Shown here: piece after piece, positions 16,019 through 25,460 of the stretch
Layout of the letters: every line of letters starts with the position of its first letter
Numbering within the stretch: position 1 is the stretch's first letter
Source of the DNA: a virus
Lineage: Duplodnaviria > Caudoviricetes
Virus record (IMG/VR): IMGVR_UViG_3300046318_000369
Coordinates: 1-63,785 of that record
Reading direction: 5' to 3' (one strand)
Length of the DNA: 63,785 nt
The notes under the pieces: generated by a model
Databases searched by the model: none
What the model was told of the DNA's origin: nothing
Seen by the model: the letters and a program-made list of their open reading frames with translations, nothing else
Position numbers and translations under genes: made by a program

Positions 16019-19000
16019 ATGGCAAATGTAAATGATTTTAGGGTTAAAAATGGCTTGTCGGTTACGACTACTGCAACAATCGAAGGCACTAACACTGCAA
16101 CCTCAACTGCTACAGGTGCATTAGTTGTTGTAGGTGGCGTAGGAATTGGTAATAGTTTATATGTAGGTGCAAATACCACATTAGGTACCGATACATTAAA
16201 TTCATTAACTGTTAATGCAAAAACTACTATTGAAGGAATAACAGTAGGCACTGGTCCAGACACAGCAAATAACGATACTAACACAGTAGTTGGAAGAAAT
16301 TCACTGTCAGCGAATACTTCGGGAGAATCAGATACTGCCTTAGGAAATAATGCTCTATTAAGAAATACTACTGGTAATAACAATACCGCTGTTGGCGACG
16401 GAGCAATGTACTCTAACCGTAGTGGTTCTTCAAATACCACTTTAGGATCTGCGTCTCTACTGCTCAATACTACTGGTAGTAATAATACAGCAGTAGGAGT
16501 AAGTGCTCTTCAAAATTCTACCGGCTGGAGCAATACCGCAGTAGGAACAAGTGCTCTATATCAAACTACTGGATCTGATAATACAGCAATCGGCGAAGGA
16601 GCTGGCGGCTCTATTACTACTGGAAACCGCAACGTTGTTATTGGTAGGAACAACGGTTCTACTATCGCTACTTTAAGCAATAGAATAATTATCAGTGACG
16701 GTGACGGTAATATTAGAATTAGTGTTAATAATACCGGCACTGTTACTATACCTGTTGGATTACTAGTTAACGACATAACTGTTGGAAAAGGTAACTCGGA
16801 TGTTGAATCAAATACTGCACTTGGTATAAGTGCATTACTGAATAATTCTAATGATGGTTTTGAAAATACAGCAATAGGGTATCAAGCATTAAAATTCAAT
16901 ACAAGCGGATATGATAATACTGCATTAGGGTACAATAGTCTTAGAAATAATACTATAGGTACCGTTAATATTGCTATAGGTGGTAATAGTCTTCTAACAA
17001 ATACCACTGGAACTGAAAATATTGCTATAGGCTATAATAGCCTTACTGACAGCACCGGTACTACTAAAAGTATTGCTATAGGTCATTTTAGTCTTGGTTC
17101 ATCTAGAAAATCTGATAATACAGCAATCGGCTATTATTCGATGGGATCCGGAACAGTAACTGGTGACTGGAACGTAGCTGTTGGAAATTATACCTTACGG
17201 AATAATACTGGCGGGTGGTTTAATACTGCAATAGGAAATAACAGTCTTAAAAGTAATACTGTAGGTTATTCAAATGTTGCAATAGGTGTAGACAGTCTTT
17301 CATCAAATGATAACGGTACTAATAATACAGCAGTAGGTGTTCGTGCTTTGTCTAGCAATACTCAAGGAACGTCAAATATTGCTGTAGGATATGAATCATT
17401 AAGATATAATAAAACCGGTGATTATAACATAGGTATAGGTTTTCTAACTCTTAATGCAAATACTTCCGGTTGGATGAACGTTTCTCTCGGACCTTATAGC
17501 TTATATTATAATAAAACAGGCACCAAGAACATAGCAATAGGTCCTTATGCTTTGGAATCTAATGAGACTGGCTATTTTAATACTGCATTAGGATACGGTG
17601 CCGGTAGAGCCATTACTTCAGGATCAAACAATGTAGTTATTGGTAGCAATAATGGAAGTAGTATTTCCACATTAAGCAATAGAATCATTATTAGTGATGG
17701 CTCAGGTAATATTAGAATTAGTGTTAATGACACAGGAGCTGTTTCTATTCCTGCTTCAAATGCATCAACATCAGTTTCAACGGGTGCACTGGTTGTTGCA
17801 GGTGGTGTAGGTATTGGTGGAAATTTATACGTAGGTGGCTCAATTTTTGGTGCTACTAGTGTATCAGGAGTTATTACAACAGCAACTAATTTAGGTGGCG
17901 GAGCTCAATACCAGATACCGTATCAAACAGAATCGGGTGCAACATCTTTTGAATCAGATTTAACATATAATTATACATCTAATAGATTAGAAACTGTAAA
18001 TGCAAAATTAACTGGAACTACTACTTCAACATCTACAACAACAGGCGCATTGATTGTTGCAGGTGGAGTAGGAATTGGTAATAGTTTATATGTAGGTGGA
18101 AATACCACAGTAGGTATCAATACATCGCATTCACTAACTGTTAATGCAAAAACTACCATACAAGGATTAACAGTAGGTGCTGGTGCAAACAATGATGATA
18201 CAAATTCTGCATTTGGAGTTGATGCTTTATCTTCTAATCAAGGATTCTGGAATACAGCAATAGGATTCTATGCTCTTAAATCTAGTGTTTCGAGTAGAGG
18301 GCATACCGCAGTAGGAAGTTTTGCATTAACCGCTAATGACCTGGGCGAAGACAATACCGCAATAGGATATAATTCCTTAGGATCTAATACCAGTGGATTT
18401 AGCAATGCAGCAGTAGGCACTGATAGTTTAGCATCAAATGAGTCAGGTGGAAGAAACGTTGCCCTAGGATATAAATCACTAAGATCTCTGTTAGATGGTT
18501 ATCAAAATACTGCCATAGGTTATGGTGCTCTGTTTGCATCAACTAGTTCATCTCATAATATTGCACTAGGATACAACGCAGGCAATGCTATTACCACAGG
18601 ATCATACAACGTTGTTATTGGTAGCAATAACGGAAGTAGTATTTCCACATTAAGCAATAGAATCATTATTAGTGATGGCTCAGGTAATATTAGAATTAGT
18701 GTTAATGATACTGGTACTGTTACTATTTCTACTACAACTAATGCAACTTCTACTACTACAGGTGCATTAGTTGTAACAGGTGGCGTTGGAATCGGTGGTG
18801 ATTTATATGTAGGTAAAAATACCACACTAGGTATCAATACATCGCATTCACTGACTGTTAATGCTAAAACAACGCTCGAAGGTGCAACTTTAGGAGTTGG
18901 ACCAGGAACAGGGTTTGGCAATTTAGTTTTTGGTATAGAGGCATTTGAAAACAATACTACAGGATATTCAAATATTGCTATCGGTTATAGATCGTTAAGA

Positions 19001-21553
19001 GACAACGGCACCGGCCGAGAGAACGTTGCAGTAGGTTACGAAAATTTATTATATAACACTACCGGTGTTCATAATACCGCACTTGGCCATCAAAGCATGA
19101 TGCTAAACGAAACCGGCGAACAAAATTCAGCAGTTGGTTACGCAAGTTTATATTATAATACTTCTGGTGCTAGAAATGCAGCATTTGGATTTGCTGCTTT
19201 AGAAGCAAACGGTACTGGAAATAATAATTCTGCATTTGGTTACTACGCATTAAGGAGTGTAAGTGGTTCTAATAATACCGGTATAGGTTATAATTCAGGT
19301 AATTTAATTACCACCGGATCAAAAAACGTTGTTATTGGTAGCAATAGCGGAAGTTCTATAGCAGAATTAAGCAATAGAATTATTATCAGTGACGGTGACG
19401 GTAATATTAGAATTAGTGTTAATGACACAGGAGTTGTATCTATACCATCAACTTCAACATCAACCTCGACTACTACAGGTGCATTAGTTGTAACAGGTGG
19501 CGTCGGAATTGGCAATAATTTATATGTGGGTAAAAATACCACACTAGGTATCAATACATCGCATTTATTAACTGTTAATGCAAAAACTACTATTGAAGGA
19601 ATAACAGTAGGTACAGGAGGAGGAAATCAGACTACTAACACAGCATTTGGTCGAAATGCGTTAGTGTCGAACTCTACTTGGACCTATGCAACAGATAATG
19701 TTGCAATAGGATACAATGCACTTACTACCAATACTAACGGAAGTTCGAATGTAGCAGTAGGTAGTCACACGCTTGAATCTAATATTGACGGTGATTGGAA
19801 TACAGGATTAGGTTATTATGCGCTCAATGCTAATAGTGATGGAGAGGAAAATACTGCTGTAGGCAGTTATTCGTTACAAGCAAATATATCTGGTACTTAT
19901 AATACAGCTTTAGGTAGTCGTGCTCTTCAAACAAACAATAGTGGTATGGAAAATACCGCAGTAGGATTTAGTGCATTAGATAAAAATACCGACGGATTTT
20001 ATAATACCGCAGTTGGAGGCAACGCTCTTTCTACTAACACTACAGGAACTTACAACACAGCAGTAGGGCGAGAAGCACTTGCACTATCTACTGGGTCTTA
20101 TAATATTGCTATTGGAGCCGGCGCTGGCCTATTTATGAGTCAAGGATCATACAACGTTGTTATTGGTAGCAATGACGGAAGTAGTATTTCCACATTAAGC
20201 AATAGAATTATTATCAGTGATGGTGCTGGTACCATTAGAATTAGTGTTAATGACACAGGAGTTGTATCTATACCATCAACAACTACTGCAACTTCTACTA
20301 CTACAGGTGCATTAGTTGTAACAGGTGGTACTGGAATCGGTGGTGATTTATATGTGGGTAAAAATACCACACTAGGTATCAATACATCGCATTCACTGAC
20401 TGTTAATGCAAAAACAACAATAGAAGGGTTAACAGTAGGTACCGGTTCGGGTAACATTACATCTAATGTAGTATTTGGACTCAGTGCATTTACAACAAAT
20501 ATTGACGGTGCAGATAACATTGCAATAGGTGAATCTGCATTAGAGTTGAATGAGTACGGAACAGACAATATAGCAATGGGGTCTTTTGCGTTATGCTCTA
20601 ATACAGATGGATATTATAATATAGCAATTGGTAGCTCGGCGTTAAGTTCTAGTGGAATTGCACATGACAATATAGCAATAGGTAGACGTGCTTTATCTAT
20701 AAATGATTCAGGAAACAACAATTTAGCAATCGGCAATGATACATTAAATGATAATGATACAGGAAGTAATAACATTGCTATCGGTTATCAAGCGTTAAAC
20801 AGATTGTTCAGCGGAAACAATAATATTGGCATAGGACATTTTGCGGCCTATCTATTAACTTCGGGTTCAAACAACGTAGTCATTGGCGGAAACGACGGAA
20901 GTTCGATAGCTGGATTAAGCAATAGAATAATTATCAGTGACGGTGCTGGAAATATTAGAATTAGTGTTAATAATACCGGCACTGTTACTATTTCTACTAC
21001 AACTAATGCAACTTCCACTGCAACTGGTGCATTGGTTGTTGCAGGTGGTGTAGGTATTGGTGGTGATTTATATGTAGGAGGTACCATAAATTTTGCCGGA
21101 ACCATTACTGGCATTTCTACAGATATTACCATAAGCGATGATACAGAATCGACTACACTTTATCCGGTTATGGTAAATGCCGCAGGTTCTGCACAACCAC
21201 TAAAAGTTACAACACCCAAGTTATACTTTAATGCATCAACTGGAGATTTATCGGCTACTAACTTTAATTCATTATCTGATATAACATTAAAGGAAAATAT
21301 AGAACCTATATTAAATTCTTTTGATATATTAGAAAAAATAAACGTGGTCCAATTTAATTGGAAAGATACTGGAAAACGTGCATACGGAGTAATAGCACAA
21401 GAAATAGAAAAAATATTACCAGAAATTGTGCATAGCACAGATGATAATTTAAAAAGTGTATCTTATACACAGCTAATGGCATTCATGATCAATGTAATAA
21501 AAGACCAACAATCAGAAATTGCAAACATTAAAAAAATTCTAGGAAATAAATAG
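16019..21553 (+). CDS. Long modular tail fibre with C-terminal intramolecular chaperone (peptidase S74-like)
   Basis: 1844 aa; six modules of ~14-aa NTAxGxxAL repeats, each closed by SNRIIISDGxGxIRISVN; C-terminal SDITLKENI...YGVIAQEIEKILPEIV and coiled coil. Confidence 0.88.
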   Translation: MANVNDFRVKNGLSVTTTATIEGTNTATSTATGALVVVGGVGIGNSLYVGANTTLGTDTLNSLTVNAKTTIEGITVGTGPDTANNDTNTVVGRNSLSANTSGESDTALGNNALLRNTTGNNNTAVGDGAMYSNRSGSSNTTLGSASLLLNTTGSNNTAVGVSALQNSTGWSNTAVGTSALYQTTGSDNTAIGEGAGGSITTGNRNVVIGRNNGSTIATLSNRIIISDGDGNIRISVNNTGTVTIPVGLLVNDITVGKGNSDVESNTALGISALLNNSNDGFENTAIGYQALKFNTSGYDNTALGYNSLRNNTIGTVNIAIGGNSLLTNTTGTENIAIGYNSLTDSTGTTKSIAIGHFSLGSSRKSDNTAIGYYSMGSGTVTGDWNVAVGNYTLRNNTGGWFNTAIGNNSLKSNTVGYSNVAIGVDSLSSNDNGTNNTAVGVRALSSNTQGTSNIAVGYESLRYNKTGDYNIGIGFLTLNANTSGWMNVSLGPYSLYYNKTGTKNIAIGPYALESNETGYFNTALGYGAGRAITSGSNNVVIGSNNGSSISTLSNRIIISDGSGNIRISVNDTGAVSIPASNASTSVSTGALVVAGGVGIGGNLYVGGSIFGATSVSGVITTATNLGGGAQYQIPYQTESGATSFESDLTYNYTSNRLETVNAKLTGTTTSTSTTTGALIVAGGVGIGNSLYVGGNTTVGINTSHSLTVNAKTTIQGLTVGAGANNDDTNSAFGVDALSSNQGFWNTAIGFYALKSSVSSRGHTAVGSFALTANDLGEDNTAIGYNSLGSNTSGFSNAAVGTDSLASNESGGRNVALGYKSLRSLLDGYQNTAIGYGALFASTSSSHNIALGYNAGNAITTGSYNVVIGSNNGSSISTLSNRIIISDGSGNIRISVNDTGTVTISTTTNATSTTTGALVVTGGVGIGGDLYVGKNTTLGINTSHSLTVNAKTTLEGATLGVGPGTGFGNLVFGIEAFENNTTGYSNIAIGYRSLRDNGTGRENVAVGYENLLYNTTGVHNTALGHQSMMLNETGEQNSAVGYASLYYNTSGARNAAFGFAALEANGTGNNNSAFGYYALRSVSGSNNTGIGYNSGNLITTGSKNVVIGSNSGSSIAELSNRIIISDGDGNIRISVNDTGVVSIPSTSTSTSTTTGALVVTGGVGIGNNLYVGKNTTLGINTSHLLTVNAKTTIEGITVGTGGGNQTTNTAFGRNALVSNSTWTYATDNVAIGYNALTTNTNGSSNVAVGSHTLESNIDGDWNTGLGYYALNANSDGEENTAVGSYSLQANISGTYNTALGSRALQTNNSGMENTAVGFSALDKNTDGFYNTAVGGNALSTNTTGTYNTAVGREALALSTGSYNIAIGAGAGLFMSQGSYNVVIGSNDGSSISTLSNRIIISDGAGTIRISVNDTGVVSIPSTTTATSTTTGALVVTGGTGIGGDLYVGKNTTLGINTSHSLTVNAKTTIEGLTVGTGSGNITSNVVFGLSAFTTNIDGADNIAIGESALELNEYGTDNIAMGSFALCSNTDGYYNIAIGSSALSSSGIAHDNIAIGRRALSINDSGNNNLAIGNDTLNDNDTGSNNIAIGYQALNRLFSGNNNIGIGHFAAYLLTSGSNNVVIGGNDGSSIAGLSNRIIISDGAGNIRISVNNTGTVTISTTTNATSTATGALVVAGGVGIGGDLYVGGTINFAGTITGISTDITISDDTESTTLYPVMVNAAGSAQPLKVTTPKLYFNASTGDLSATNFNSLSDITLKENIEPILNSFDILEKINVVQFNWKDTGKRAYGVIAQEIEKILPEIVHSTDDNLKSVSYTQLMAFMINVIKDQQSEIANIKKILGNK

Positions 21554-21565
21554 AAAATTCATTAT

Positions 21566-21611
21566 AATTAACTGAGTATTTTATAAAAATAAATACAAAA
21601 CTCAGTTAATT
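21566..21611 (+). promoter_or_regulatory. 12-bp inverted repeat enclosing late promoter TAAATA (21590-21595)
   Basis: AATTAACTGAGT (21566-21577) / ACTCAGTTAATT (21600-21611); right arm ends just before ATG 21613. Confidence 0.75.
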
Positions 21612-21612
21612 T

Positions 21613-22590
21613 ATGAACTCTCTTGCAAACTTTGCTCTCGAGCACGGTGGAAGCATCCACCCTCTTATACTACCTTCATCTGTTACTAACGGAACTGGCA
21701 TAATGAATCCGTCGATTTTAATCGACAATGGAAAAATATTAGTTAACATACGGCATGTTAACTATACATTTTATCATTCTGAGGCTAAGTTATTCCAACA
21801 CCCATGGGGGCCATTAACATATCTGCATCCTGAAAATGATATACATTTACGAACAGACAATTATTATTGCGAATTAGATACTAATTTTAATATTACTAGA
21901 TTTAATAAAATAGATACTAGCAAATTTGATACTTATGAACCGAAATGGGATTTTGTAGGACTCGAAGATGCACGATTAGTTAGGTGGGATAATAAATTAT
22001 ACATCACCGGAGTTAGAAGAGATACCACTACTACTGGCCAAGGAAGAATGGAATTAAGTGAAATTGTGGTATCTGATAATGATGTAAAAGAAATTTCTAG
22101 AGTTAGAATACCGCCACCGAACGATTTAACTTCTTACTGTGAGAAGAATTGGATGCCAGTTATTGATAAACCATTTAATTATGTTAAATGGACAAATCCG
22201 ACAGAATTGGTTAGTGTCGACATTGCTAACAAAACTAGCAAAACTGAATTTTTAGGAAATCCTATACAATTACCTAGAGATTTAAGAGGCGGCACACAAG
22301 TAATATCATTTGACGAATATTATATAACATTAACTCATGAAGTTGATCTATTTAATAGCGAGGTAGGAAGAAAAGATGCTGTTTATAGACACAGATTTAT
22401 CATTTGGGATAAGAATTGGAATATTTTAAAATATACAAATGACTTTTCAATGATGGATGCTCATGTAGAATTTTCTGTAGGAATGTGTCAATATAATGAT
22501 GACCTGCTGATTACATTTGGGTTTCAGGATAACGCTGCATATTTACTAAGACTACCTATTTCTGCATTTAAAAAATTTATTACTATATAA
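21613..22590 (+). CDS. Five-bladed beta-propeller glycosidase/phosphorylase-like protein (GH130/GH43-like fold)
   Basis: MNPSI, GLEDARLV, CEKNWMP, LRGGT and VEFSVG motifs. Confidence 0.65.
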   Translation: MNSLANFALEHGGSIHPLILPSSVTNGTGIMNPSILIDNGKILVNIRHVNYTFYHSEAKLFQHPWGPLTYLHPENDIHLRTDNYYCELDTNFNITRFNKIDTSKFDTYEPKWDFVGLEDARLVRWDNKLYITGVRRDTTTTGQGRMELSEIVVSDNDVKEISRVRIPPPNDLTSYCEKNWMPVIDKPFNYVKWTNPTELVSVDIANKTSKTEFLGNPIQLPRDLRGGTQVISFDEYYITLTHEVDLFNSEVGRKDAVYRHRFIIWDKNWNILKYTNDFSMMDAHVEFSVGMCQYNDDLLITFGFQDNAAYLLRLPISAFKKFITI

Positions 22591-22594
22591 TCAT

Positions 22595-24544
22595 ATGAAT
22601 GATATCCCATTAAATACATTACTGAGCAATTTTATTATAAATCCAAATAATGATGAAAATAACTTTCAATTAGCATTATATTATAATAATATAGGACAAA
22701 CTGCATCTGCTGTATCTTATTACATTAGAACCGCAGAAAGAACCAATGATGAAAATTTGAAATATGAATGCTTAATAAAAACAGCATTGTGCTTTGAACA
22801 ACAAGGAACTCGTGGATTTTCTGTTAAAGGATTAATGCAACATGCAATTGCATTATTACCTAAAAGACCAGAGGCATATTTTTTATTAAGTAGATTTCAC
22901 GAGAGAGAAGCTAAAGAAGGAGATTGGTTTATTTCCTATATGTTAGCATCTATCGGACTAGAAGTATGCGATTTTAATGTTCCAAAATTAAGAACGGAAA
23001 TTCCATATCCTGGAAAATATGGATTATTATTTGAGAAAGCAGTAAGCAGTTGGTGGTGTGGATTATGCGAAGAATCTAAAAATATATTCAAAGATTTATT
23101 GAAAAATTATGAATTAGATGAATCTCATAGGTCTGCTGTTATTAAAAATCTTCAAATGTATAATGAATTTAATTCCAAAGAATTAATATTATTTGAAAAT
23201 TTAAAATATCCAAGACTAAAATATAAGTTTCCAGATTCTGAAAATGTTAAACGTAATTATTCTGAAGCATACCAGGACATGTTTGTTTTAACAATGTTAA
23301 ATGGAAAACGCAATGGAACTTATTTAGAAATAGGAGCAGGTAATCCATTTTATGGAAATAATACCGCATTATTAGAGAAAGAATTTAACTGGACAGGAAT
23401 CTCTGTAGATGTTGATCAACAATTCGTTGATGCATTTACTAAGGAAAGAAAAAATCCGTGTGTATTAAAAGATGCAACATTAATAGATTATAATAGATTT
23501 CTATCAGGATTAAATTTTTCATCAACAATAGACTATCTACAACTCGATTGCGATCCTCCGGAAGTTACTTATAAAATACTATTATCTATTCCTTTTGAAA
23601 AATATAAATTTGGAGTAATTACATACGAACATGATTATTATTGCGATGTATCTAAAAGTTTTAGAGAAAAGTCTAGGAAATATCTAGAATCATTTGGGTA
23701 TATTATGGTAGTAGGTGATATAGCACCAGATGAATGGAGAAACTATGAAGACTGGTGGATACATCCTGATCTAATTGACCCTGTAATTTTAAATAGTATG
23801 TTAACTAAACAGTCTGGCACAAAACGTGCAGAAGACTATATGTTGGGAAATATTAAAGAAAATTTCGATTGGGGACAAATTGCAGAAAATCCATGGTTCC
23901 TCGGTGTTGTTAATGATGAAATTTTTGTACAAGATGTATATCAAAAGTTTTTCAAGGTAGAAAAAGATGATGTAGTATTAGATGTAGGTGCAAGTGTTGG
24001 TCCGTTTACGTATCATATAATGAAGCAGTCTCCTTCGAAGGTAATATGCTTAGAGCCTCAAAAAGATCTATACCAAACTCTTTGTAAAAATTTAAGTAAT
24101 TATAATAATGTGGTATGCATTAATAAAGCTGTAGCAAATGTCAATACTGTTTTTAAAACTCGTGGACTATTCGACAAAGACGTGCAAGAAATTTGGGGGA
24201 AAGAAGCAGAAGCTGATGGAATTCAGTTTTCTACAATACTAAATGATAATGCAATTACCCATATAGATTTTTTAAAAACAGATTGTGAAGGCGGTGAATA
24301 TGATATATTCACAGACGAAAATAAATCTTGGATTTTAAAAAATGTTAAAAAAATTGCAGGAGAATTTCACCTCAGTAATAAAGAATTAAAAGAAAAATTT
24401 AGAAAATTTAGAAACAGCTACTTAGGTGATTTTAAAACTGTTAAAGTATTTTCCATGGATAATATTGATATAACTTGGGATTTATGGAATGATCACTTTA
24501 TTGAATATTACGGAGCAATAACCGTTTATATACAGAATGACTAA
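22595..24544 (+). CDS. TPR-like domain plus two FkbM-like SAM methyltransferase domains
   Basis: Helical N-terminus (AIALLPKRPEAYFLLS); YLEIGAG...IDYLQLDCD; VLDVGASVG...IDFLKTDCEGGEY. Confidence 0.8.
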   Translation: MNDIPLNTLLSNFIINPNNDENNFQLALYYNNIGQTASAVSYYIRTAERTNDENLKYECLIKTALCFEQQGTRGFSVKGLMQHAIALLPKRPEAYFLLSRFHEREAKEGDWFISYMLASIGLEVCDFNVPKLRTEIPYPGKYGLLFEKAVSSWWCGLCEESKNIFKDLLKNYELDESHRSAVIKNLQMYNEFNSKELILFENLKYPRLKYKFPDSENVKRNYSEAYQDMFVLTMLNGKRNGTYLEIGAGNPFYGNNTALLEKEFNWTGISVDVDQQFVDAFTKERKNPCVLKDATLIDYNRFLSGLNFSSTIDYLQLDCDPPEVTYKILLSIPFEKYKFGVITYEHDYYCDVSKSFREKSRKYLESFGYIMVVGDIAPDEWRNYEDWWIHPDLIDPVILNSMLTKQSGTKRAEDYMLGNIKENFDWGQIAENPWFLGVVNDEIFVQDVYQKFFKVEKDDVVLDVGASVGPFTYHIMKQSPSKVICLEPQKDLYQTLCKNLSNYNNVVCINKAVANVNTVFKTRGLFDKDVQEIWGKEAEADGIQFSTILNDNAITHIDFLKTDCEGGEYDIFTDENKSWILKNVKKIAGEFHLSNKELKEKFRKFRNSYLGDFKTVKVFSMDNIDITWDLWNDHFIEYYGAITVYIQND

Positions 24545-25457
24545 CAAAATAAAAGTATTTCCAGGAGCGTATGTAGAAAAATGGAGGCTGTCTCGTGCAC
24601 CAACATTAGAAATTACTACTATTATTCCAGCAAAAGGATGTGTAATAGATTGTGTATTTTGCCCTCAACGTATATTAGAAACTAGATATAAGGGTGATAG
24701 AATTTTATCAGTTGACGGATTTAAATTTTTAATAGATAAAGTTCCTTCGGAAGTACGGATTACATTTGCAGGATTCACAGAACCGTGGATGAACAAGAAT
24801 TGTACAGACATGATTTTGTATGCCCATGAAAAAGGGCATCCTATATCAATTTTTACAACTGGTATAGGAATGTCAATTGAAGATATTAGTAGAATTAAAC
24901 ATATTCCGTTTGCAGGATATCCAAATGGAGGGTTTGTTCTACATCTGCCCGATCAAGAAAAAAGAGCAAAACATCCTATAACAAAGTCCTATATTGAATT
25001 ATTACAGCATATAAAAAATATTCAATCTGAAATTACTAATTTACATATTATGGCAATGGGTCCAGTGCACGAAAGTGTAAAACATATTTTTTCAGATGCT
25101 TCTGTTCCAGAAATGTGGAGCAGGGCTGGAAATTTAATAGGAGAAGCACTGTTAAAACCTGAATTAGAAAAATTAAGCGGCAGTTATAAAGCTATATTTC
25201 ATGGTAATAAAGATATGACATGTAATTGTGAAGAAAAAATGTACCATAATGTACTTTTGCCCAACGGCGATGTTTCTCTTTGCTGCATGGATTATGGATT
25301 AGAAAATATCTTAGGCAATCTATATGATCAAAGTTACGATGATATTGTTCCTAATCCTTATGCTACATTCAAAATATGCAGATCTTGTGAAAATGGTATA
25401 GATGTTAATTCAGAAAAAATTATACAAGAAAAAAATTTTTTAAAATTAGAAAAATAA
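24537..25457 (+). CDS. Radical SAM protein with SPASM/twitch-like C-terminus
   Basis: CxxxCxxC (CVIDCVFC), FAGFTEP, and C-terminal PNGDVSLCCMD...LGNL...CRSCE. Confidence 0.88.
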   Translation: MTNKIKVFPGAYVEKWRLSRAPTLEITTIIPAKGCVIDCVFCPQRILETRYKGDRILSVDGFKFLIDKVPSEVRITFAGFTEPWMNKNCTDMILYAHEKGHPISIFTTGIGMSIEDISRIKHIPFAGYPNGGFVLHLPDQEKRAKHPITKSYIELLQHIKNIQSEITNLHIMAMGPVHESVKHIFSDASVPEMWSRAGNLIGEALLKPELEKLSGSYKAIFHGNKDMTCNCEEKMYHNVLLPNGDVSLCCMDYGLENILGNLYDQSYDDIVPNPYATFKICRSCENGIDVNSEKIIQEKNFLKLEK

Positions 25458-25460
25458 AGA

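Noticed and set aside
3207-21438. Many minus-strand ORFs (MxxPTYKxPPIPTPP...) opposite the fibre genes
   Set aside because: They are antisense shadows of the repetitive Gly/Thr/Val-rich plus-strand genes and have no independent coding signal.
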